From the IMG/VR virus record IMGVR_UViG_3300011442_000017, positions 1 to 39,269 of that record: a stretch of 39,269 nt of DNA; one strand, given 5' to 3'. This stretch comes from a virus (taxonomy: Duplodnaviria; Caudoviricetes). A program made the translations under genes and the position numbers. Below the pieces are notes generated by a model, which worked only from the letters and a program-made list of their open reading frames with translations, made no database searches and was not told where the DNA came from. Positions 32,560 through 39,269 of this stretch are shown here, piece after piece. Position 1 is the stretch's first letter. Each line of letters begins with the position of its first letter.

Positions 32560-33671
32560 TGCCTTACTTCGGCGATCTACAGGGCGGACCGATGATGCAG
32601 GCTGGACCGGGCGGCGACGAACCCACCGCACCGGCCACTGCTCCACGCCCGTCGCGCTCGATCCTCGACGGCGTCCTGAAGGCGCTCTTCCCGGCCGGTG
32701 CCCTCGAAGGCATCCTGCCCGAAGAGCAGTTGATGGACGAGCGGCGCATGCAACTTCGCCGGGCCGGGCTTTCCCTACTCGCCTCGGGCAGTCCGAAGCC
32801 GCAGGGCACGCGCAATTCCTTCGCAGACCTCGCGCAGGCGATTGATCCCGGCGCGTGGGAGCAGCGCATCGCGCAGGTCGCACAGACTGGCATGACGCTG
32901 CGTGCGGCCCAACAGAAGCAGAAGCAGGCCGCAGCGGCCGATGGCATCATGCAGCAGTTTGCCGCGCGCCCGAACGAGACCGACGAGCAGCGCGATCAGC
33001 GGTTGCTCGGGATGGCAAACGCCTTCCAGTCGGCCGGGCTGATGGAAGAGGCCAAGGCGGCGGCAGACCTTCGCACGTCGCTGCGCGCGCCCGATCTGGG
33101 CGAGCGGGAGGGCTTCCTCTATGACAAACGCACAGGCCGGATCGTCGCACAGCTTCCGTCTGAGCTAAAGACCGTCGAGGGCAGCCAGTTGTACGCGCAG
33201 GCGCTCGGGCGGCTGCAACCTTGGGACCGCGTGCGTCAGTCTGTCGCGCAGTACAACCAGTACCGCGACATGCCGCTCGATCAGCCGTCGAGTGCAGCCC
33301 TTATCTCGGCTGCCCAGGACCTGCTCGGGACGCACACGACGCTCGCACAGAACGACAGCGACTTCAGGGCGCTGAAGGACCTGCCTATCGCGGGCCAACT
33401 CTTCAAGATTCTGCAGTCGTTCAGTGGCTCGACCGTGTTGACGGAGAATCAGCGGCGCGAGTTGCTGAAGGCCGTCGATCCGCTCGTGACGCGCCTGAGT
33501 CAGGAACACCAGCGCGTGCTGGGTGATGTGCAGCGCATCTTCCACAACAAGTGGAAGACCGACCCCGAGTACAACGAGATGTGGAATCTGTTGCCGCAGT
33601 CGCCGATCTTCGGCCCGCGCGGCACCATCGTCCCGCCTGTCGTTCAACAGATGAACGACGACCGGAGGTAA
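32559..33671 (+). CDS. probable internal virion/ejection protein
   Basis: TAATG coupling; helical Q/A-rich composition. Confidence 0.65.
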   Translation: MPYFGDLQGGPMMQAGPGGDEPTAPATAPRPSRSILDGVLKALFPAGALEGILPEEQLMDERRMQLRRAGLSLLASGSPKPQGTRNSFADLAQAIDPGAWEQRIAQVAQTGMTLRAAQQKQKQAAAADGIMQQFAARPNETDEQRDQRLLGMANAFQSAGLMEEAKAAADLRTSLRAPDLGEREGFLYDKRTGRIVAQLPSELKTVEGSQLYAQALGRLQPWDRVRQSVAQYNQYRDMPLDQPSSAALISAAQDLLGTHTTLAQNDSDFRALKDLPIAGQLFKILQSFSGSTVLTENQRRELLKAVDPLVTRLSQEHQRVLGDVQRIFHNKWKTDPEYNEMWNLLPQSPIFGPRGTIVPPVVQQMNDDRR

Positions 33672-33672
33672 C

Positions 33673-35250
33673 ATGACTGGACCACAGCCCGAACAGATGC
33701 AGCCCGGCCAGTCCGGCCCGGCAGGCGGCTACGCGGAGTTGAAGACCATCTTCGATCAGGCGGTGGACTATCTCCACGGCCGGACGAGGAGCGGCAGGAA
33801 ATACAAGCAGAGTGAGGTGGACGAGTGGATTGCCTCGACGGTCGGACAGGGCTCGCCCATCCGCACCTTCAAGCAACTCGTCAACACCATTCAGGGGCTC
33901 GACCGTGCGGGCGCGAAGCCCGTCGATGCGTCGGACCTGGGACCGTTGGAGCGGGGCGCAATCGCGCGCACCGTGCGCTTCGGTCACTCGGCGCTGCCCT
34001 TCACCGACGAGATTGCCGGAGCCCTGTCGTGGCTCGGCGGCAATGGCTATCGGGCCGGGCGCGACGAGAATCGCCAGTACTTGGAGAATGCTGATCTGTC
34101 CGTCAACAAGGGTCCGCTCAATCCTGACATCTGGGGTCCTCCGGCGGGAGCCCTCGCGACGATGGGTGCTGGTGCTGCAGCCGCACCAGCCCCGAGCCTC
34201 GTGCGCGCGGGTGCGACCGGCGCGGGCTATGGCCTGGGCTACACCGTCGGCGATCTGCCCGAGCTTAACCCGGAGGCCGTCCGAGAGAACGCTGTTCCGC
34301 TCGCGCTGAACACCGCGCTCGGTGGGGCGATGGGTGTCGGGGGTGCCGTTATGGGCCGTCGTCTCACCGCACTGCGCCAGCCCGGTCCGCTCAAGATGTC
34401 CAAGGTCCTCGAAGCTGCCGGTGGCGAGCAGGGATTGACGCGCGCCGTCGAAGGCAGCGGCGTCCAGCGGCCGATGTTGGCCGAGTTGTCGGAGACGTCC
34501 TTCGGGCGTCTCTCGAAGGAATTGCAGCGCGCGAGCCAGGAGGCCCAGACGGCCGCTACGCAGCGCGTCGCCCAGGAGCTTCAGACGGTGCAGCAGGCGA
34601 AGCAGGCTGTTTCCCAGCGGTACGGCATCCTCGAAGCGCCCATCGCGGACCCGCGCGCGGGCGAGATTCTGGCGAAGCCCCGCGTCCAGCGCATCGTGAA
34701 GACGCTGATGCAGGACGGGGTCATTCAGCCTGGACAGGTGACCGGCCGCGTCCTCGAAGACGTCCGCCAGGAGATGGAGGCAATGGCCCGTCGCGCGTAC
34801 ACGCGAGGCAACGGCCGCGTCGGGAAGCTCTATCGTGGCTACGCCCGCGAGCTTCAGGGCATCATCGACGGCAGCCTTGAGGGTATGCCCGAGGTGCGCG
34901 CGGCCTACGCTCCGCTCGCCCAGCGCGAAGCGCGCCTCAACCAACTCATGCGCCAACTCACCCGTCAGGCCCGTCGGTCGGGTATCCCGGTCGAGCGAGG
35001 CGTCACGGCAAAGAGCGAATTCATGCAGGACATCGGTGGCGAACAGTGGCAGCGTGAGATGCGCGCCGCGCGCCAGATGGTTGATCCCCTCTTCACGCCG
35101 GGCACGGCAGCCGAGCACCTGTCGCGCATTCGCGGCGGGATGCCGTGGTACTCACACCTCGGCGCGGCAGCGCAGCCGGGCGCGGCGATGGTGCCGCAGT
35201 TGACTGATCCCTTCTTCCCCCTCCGACAGCTTCCCGACTCGGGGCAGTAA
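33673..35250 (+). CDS. probable internal virion/ejection protein
   Basis: LPFTDEIAGAL and Gly/Ala-rich membrane-like segments typical of ejection proteins. Confidence 0.65.
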   Translation: MTGPQPEQMQPGQSGPAGGYAELKTIFDQAVDYLHGRTRSGRKYKQSEVDEWIASTVGQGSPIRTFKQLVNTIQGLDRAGAKPVDASDLGPLERGAIARTVRFGHSALPFTDEIAGALSWLGGNGYRAGRDENRQYLENADLSVNKGPLNPDIWGPPAGALATMGAGAAAAPAPSLVRAGATGAGYGLGYTVGDLPELNPEAVRENAVPLALNTALGGAMGVGGAVMGRRLTALRQPGPLKMSKVLEAAGGEQGLTRAVEGSGVQRPMLAELSETSFGRLSKELQRASQEAQTAATQRVAQELQTVQQAKQAVSQRYGILEAPIADPRAGEILAKPRVQRIVKTLMQDGVIQPGQVTGRVLEDVRQEMEAMARRAYTRGNGRVGKLYRGYARELQGIIDGSLEGMPEVRAAYAPLAQREARLNQLMRQLTRQARRSGIPVERGVTAKSEFMQDIGGEQWQREMRAARQMVDPLFTPGTAAEHLSRIRGGMPWYSHLGAAAQPGAAMVPQLTDPFFPLRQLPDSGQ

Positions 35251-38127
35251 ATGACTGGCCCGCGCCCGATTGCTCCGGCGGATGCCTCGCGGATGCGCGA
35301 GGTTCCTCGTCGAAAGAACACGCAGGCTGAAGAGGCGGCCCTCGGCGTTGGCGAGGGTGGCCTCAATGTGTTGCTCGGCATTCCACGCTTCCTGCTCTCG
35401 ACGCTGCAGGGACTTGGAAGTTACACACTCGAAGAACTACGCGATCCCGAGTTGCGCCTCATGCTGCGCCAGCAGGGCGTCGATCCCGAGGAGTTGGTGC
35501 ATGAGATGCGTCGTAGGCGCGGGCGTGGAGAACCACTCGGTCCACTCGAAACCATCGCGGCTACCCTCAAGGGTGCAGCTACGATGGGCTACGATCTGCA
35601 GCGCAACGCGCAGGGCGGCGGACTCTGGGAGATTGGCCCCAACGGCCGACCGCGTCTCGTCACCGATAACCCCGAGATGTCTACCCGCGAGAAGGCCCGC
35701 GCCATCACCGAGCTTGGAGGCAACGCCGCCCTGCTCGCCGAAGGCGGGGCTCGTTCCGCGCGCGCGCGTGTAAATGCGCGAGCCAACACCGTGCTCGGCC
35801 GCATCGTCGATGAAGTCGGTGGACCCGCAGCGCGCCGTGAGACGGCAGCGATCCTCCCCGAGGAGTGGTCTGCGACCGGCCAACGTCTCCGCGTCCGTGG
35901 TGGGCGCGCGACCAAGGTCGGCGATCTGAACCGCGAGGTGCCGACGTACCAGCGCCGCGCTGGCCGTGGCCCGTCGCTCCCCAAGACCTACGCGATCCTG
36001 ACCGCTGAGAATCCGGGCGGCGTTGCGCTCTCCGAGGCCGAGAATGCTTCGCGGATGCAGCACCTCCGTACCCAGCTTCGCCTGCTCGGGCGTGAAGGCA
36101 TCGAGACTCAGGGCGCATATACCGATCCGGTCTCGGGTGAGTTGCTCCACGAGCGCGGCATCATGGTGAAGGGGCTCCCCGTCGCCGACGCCCAAAAGCT
36201 CTCGCAGCAATTCGGTCAGAATAGCTTCATCTCCCAGGAGGGCATGCACGACCTGACGACCGGCGCAGTTGAGCCGATCCGCAACGTCGAGCACGGCAAC
36301 TTCACCGAGGCTCCCTACACGCGCCTCGCGAATGGGCAGAGCTTCCGCATGTCGTTCGGTAAACCGAAGGGCCTCGCCGACGTCGCGTCGGAGTATCGCA
36401 CGGCGCGCGGGCTCTCGCACGAGCGCATGCCCGAGGTGACGGCGGTGGACGAAGCCGCCGGTCGGAGGATGGCACAGACCTACGAAGGCCTGAAGTCTGA
36501 GCCGAACAATCCGGCAGTGCGCGAGGCGTACAACGCCCTTTCGAGCGAGATTCAACAGCAGGCGAAGGCGCTGCAGGATGCCGGATACACCTGGGACTTC
36601 GTTGACTCGGACCCATACCCGAACAGCAAGGCGATGCTCAAGGACCTGCGTGAGAACCGGCACATCAACGTGCTGCGTACCTCCGAGTCTTCGGGCCATC
36701 CCTACCTGAGCGCCGAGCAGAACGATCTGTTCCGCGCGGTCCACGACATCTGGGGTCACGGCATCAACGAGTACAGCTTCGGCAAAATTGGCGAAGAGAA
36801 CGCCTTCAGGTCGCACGCGCACTCGCTGTCGCCGCTGGCGCAGAGGGCTCTTGCCACCGAGACCCGTGGACAGAATTCGTGGTTCAACTTCGGGCCGGAG
36901 TCGGCCCGCCCCGTCGGTGAGCGGCCGTTCGCTACCCAGAAGGCGGCACTTTGGCCGCAGGAAATGCTGGGCGACTATCCAACCTTCCCGCCGGAAGCCA
37001 GCAGCCGACCGGGCCATCCCCTCTGGCGGGGCGAAGGCAGCCCGACGAAGTCCGCCGAGGTACGGGGCGGGGAGCCGCTTACGCCTCCCGCGCCATCGCT
37101 CCTGAGCGGTACAGCGAACCGCACGCCGAGCGGTGTCCTCTCGCCGCACACGCGCCTCTTCACCGACGCGCAGTGGTCGGACATCTTCGGCCCCGGTCCC
37201 TTCAGCCCGACGTCGGGTGCGCCGAGCCTTGCTACACTTCGAGACCGCTTCGGTCCATTGGAGCAACGGGGCTCGATCATCGCGCCGACTGAGGCGGGCT
37301 CGATCCTGCGAACGCCGCAGGAATCACCGTGGGCCGCGCCCGAGCCGCAGCGTCTCCGCAACTACATGAACATTCGCGACGCAGCGGCGCGAGCACTCGA
37401 ACATCCGCTCGTCGAGCAGGATGTGCGACGCGGCGTCGAACGTGGCTTCCACGACTGGTACAACGCGGACCCGATTGCGAAGTCTGCCATCGACGCGCTG
37501 GGTCCCGAAGCCGGGCTCGACGCCTTCCACCGGCTGATGCAGTACATGCGCCCGACGTCCATTGCTTCCTCGCCCGAGCCGAACCTTCGGCTGGCGGGGT
37601 ACCAGCACTGGCGCACCGCGCACCCCGAGGCTCCGCGCTTTGCTCCTGGGTACAGGCCACTCTATCCGACTCAGATCGAGGCGAAAATTGCCGAGATGGA
37701 GAACGCGGGCGGGGCAATGAATCCGGTCGCAAACCCGAAGCTCGAACGCTACGGGCAGGCGCTTGAAGGGAATTGGGCGGGGCTTGTCGGCGACCGCCAC
37801 TTCTGGCGGCGCATGCAGCACTACGGCTTCGAGGGCAACCCGAAGACGGCCTACGGGCCGGTTGAGTCGGCCTTCGCAGACCGGATGCAGCAGCTTGCTG
37901 ATGAAGGGATTCTGCCGGTCCCCGAGGCCCGCTCCCCGACGTCGGCCGGTCAGGCCGCCATCTGGGGAGGGGCTGGGGAGGCGACGGGTGTGCGGAACAT
38001 CGAGAACGTGCAGCCGACCTTCTACCGAATCTTCGAGGACGCGATCCACCGCTCAAGCCGTCACGCGGGTGTCGATCCCCTCGACTTCCTCGGCCGCTTC
38101 TGGCGGCGCGAGACGCCGATCTTCTAA
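35251..38127 (+). CDS. large multidomain (polyvalent) internal virion protein
   Basis: 958 aa; AILTAENP...FGQNS domain; NDLFRAVHDIWGH...ETRGQNSW domain; C-terminal WY...DRHFW...QAAIW domain. Confidence 0.75.
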   Translation: MTGPRPIAPADASRMREVPRRKNTQAEEAALGVGEGGLNVLLGIPRFLLSTLQGLGSYTLEELRDPELRLMLRQQGVDPEELVHEMRRRRGRGEPLGPLETIAATLKGAATMGYDLQRNAQGGGLWEIGPNGRPRLVTDNPEMSTREKARAITELGGNAALLAEGGARSARARVNARANTVLGRIVDEVGGPAARRETAAILPEEWSATGQRLRVRGGRATKVGDLNREVPTYQRRAGRGPSLPKTYAILTAENPGGVALSEAENASRMQHLRTQLRLLGREGIETQGAYTDPVSGELLHERGIMVKGLPVADAQKLSQQFGQNSFISQEGMHDLTTGAVEPIRNVEHGNFTEAPYTRLANGQSFRMSFGKPKGLADVASEYRTARGLSHERMPEVTAVDEAAGRRMAQTYEGLKSEPNNPAVREAYNALSSEIQQQAKALQDAGYTWDFVDSDPYPNSKAMLKDLRENRHINVLRTSESSGHPYLSAEQNDLFRAVHDIWGHGINEYSFGKIGEENAFRSHAHSLSPLAQRALATETRGQNSWFNFGPESARPVGERPFATQKAALWPQEMLGDYPTFPPEASSRPGHPLWRGEGSPTKSAEVRGGEPLTPPAPSLLSGTANRTPSGVLSPHTRLFTDAQWSDIFGPGPFSPTSGAPSLATLRDRFGPLEQRGSIIAPTEAGSILRTPQESPWAAPEPQRLRNYMNIRDAAARALEHPLVEQDVRRGVERGFHDWYNADPIAKSAIDALGPEAGLDAFHRLMQYMRPTSIASSPEPNLRLAGYQHWRTAHPEAPRFAPGYRPLYPTQIEAKIAEMENAGGAMNPVANPKLERYGQALEGNWAGLVGDRHFWRRMQHYGFEGNPKTAYGPVESAFADRMQQLADEGILPVPEARSPTSAGQAAIWGGAGEATGVRNIENVQPTFYRIFEDAIHRSSRHAGVDPLDFLGRFWRRETPIF

Positions 38128-38531
38128 CGCTTCATCTGCAGGCGCGCCAGCAGCGCCTCAGTGTTCGACGGGCGAGGCCGGTCATCCGAAAGGTTGCCGG
38201 TCTCTTCTGCGTCGAGGATGATCCCGAGACACGCGCGCGCATGCCCTAACTCGTGCGCGCCACTGTCCGTCGCGATCTGCAGCCCGTCGAGGTACTTGTA
38301 GATGTGGCGCAGCGCGGCCGAGATATAGATGGAGGTGACGACCTTTTTCACGCGCCAGTTGTACGGCCCGTACTTGCGCGCACCGTCCGCCATCGCCATC
38401 GCTTCGTGAATGATCCCTGCCGAGGGCACGAGCCAGATGGGCACCTTCGTGACGCCGATCAGGTCCTTCGGATTCACCAGCGTCGCCGCGTCGTCGGCGT
38501 AGGGTTGCTGGACTTCGATCTTTCCGCTCAC
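38124..38531 (-). CDS. DUF5664-family dATP/dGTP diphosphohydrolase
   Basis: NPKDLIG.TKVPIWLVP, AMADGARKYGPYNWR, YISAALRH, SGAHELGHARAC. Confidence 0.85.
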   Translation of the reverse strand: MSGKIEVQQPYADDAATLVNPKDLIGVTKVPIWLVPSAGIIHEAMAMADGARKYGPYNWRVKKVVTSIYISAALRHIYKYLDGLQIATDSGAHELGHARACLGIILDAEETGNLSDDRPRPSNTEALLARLQMKR

Positions 38532-38875
38532 AGTTTCTTCCCTCCGTGTTTGTACGGTCTGGTGAGATTGTAGTTGTGCTTCAGGATCACCGCGTCCTGC
38601 ATGTCGATGCCTAGATGCTCGGCGACATCGAGGAGTCGGATGATGGCATCTGCCAACTCGATACCGAAGCCCTCGGGCTTGTTATCGCCGGTGAAGTAGA
38701 CCTTGTCATAGGGATGGCCGTTGCGAATCTCCTCGACAGCCTCCGACAACTCCCCCACGGCCAGCATCAGCTTCGTTGTGATGGTCTCAGGTGTGTTCGT
38801 GAAGGCCCCTTCGTGCCAACCGTGGGCGACGTTGTTTGCATACACGGCCTGCTGAATCTCGCGGAGCGTTTTCAT
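38528..38875 (-). CDS. MazG-like NTP pyrophosphohydrolase
   Basis: KLMLAVGELSEAVEE...ELADAIIRLLD...KHNYNLTRPYKHGGK. Confidence 0.85.
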   Translation of the reverse strand: MKTLREIQQAVYANNVAHGWHEGAFTNTPETITTKLMLAVGELSEAVEEIRNGHPYDKVYFTGDNKPEGFGIELADAIIRLLDVAEHLGIDMQDAVILKHNYNLTRPYKHGGKKL

Positions 38876-39269
38876 ATCGCCACCGCCGACAGCAACTCGT
38901 TCGCACAGTCGAGGAAGGCCTGCTCTGAATCCAGGTCTTCGTGCAGGTACTGCTCGATCACCTCGACTCCGAGCGGCGTCACAACCGCGTTGCGCTCCTC
39001 CATGATCTTCTCGTAGGTCGTCTGCGGCGTGCAGACCTTGGCCTCGGCGACCAGGAGGTAGCCGTCTATGGCCTTGATGATGACTGCCTCGTCCTGCGTC
39101 GGCGGCGGCAGATTCAGTGAGGCATAGAGCCGCACGTCAATCTGTTTTTGTAGCGCCCGCATGTCGGGCGTCTTGAAGGTTGTCGGGATATCGCCCGTCA
39201 TCGACTCGTGGGCGTCATGCAGCAAGACATGTAGTGGCAGCAGTGGTGTGAAATTCCAACCGTGAAGCC
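38872..39269 (-). CDS. HD-domain 5'-deoxynucleotidase-like (YfbR/YfdR/DatZ-like), 5' partial
   Basis: LLHDAHESMTGDIPTTFK...IKAIDGYLLVAE; the frame is open to the window end. Confidence 0.8.
   Translation of the reverse strand, partial: LHGWNFTPLLPLHVLLHDAHESMTGDIPTTFKTPDMRALQKQIDVRLYASLNLPPPTQDEAVIIKAIDGYLLVAEAKVCTPQTTYEKIMEERNAVVTPLGVEVIEQYLHEDLDSEQAFLDCANELLSAVAI

Noticed and set aside
33421-37266. Long antisense ORFs (565 and 609 aa), and similar ones at 17033-18520, 19838-20947, 24234-25445
   Set aside because: These are shadow ORFs expected opposite high-GC3 genes; no motifs, SD sites or coupling.

Overview
This window is most of the genome of a high-GC tailed dsDNA phage. It has a podovirus-like, P22/SU10-type morphogenesis module and an APSE/Bcep-like replication module; DNA polymerase and primase are not in the window. 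A leftward arm (14212->1) carries many small early genes, DUF932, a phosphoribosyltransferase, a minimal kinase-like protein, RtcB RNA ligase, a nucleotidyltransferase, endonuclease VII, a SNF2-type helicase, an HNH-like nuclease, DUF2800 nuclease and a DUF2815 ssDNA-binding protein. A divergent non-coding region (14.2-14.6 kb) has a sigma70 promoter, palindromic boxes and a candidate origin. The rightward arm encodes TerS, TerL, portal, scaffold, major capsid, a glycosyltransferase, adaptor, tail fibre, holin(s)/CHAP endolysin, a gp10-like tail protein and four probable ejection proteins. It converges on a DUF5664-MazG-HD nucleotide-hydrolase cluster. Notable non-coding elements read from the sequence: a 28-bp XerCD dif-like site (16563-16590) with no integrase in the window, a four-copy promoter-like motif TTGACN-N7-TASATTRGCTATGAG, a degenerate tRNA-Pro(CGG)-like element with a competing upstream hairpin, and a structured RNA candidate at 5864-5970. 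All protein calls come from motif recognition by eye, not database searches.
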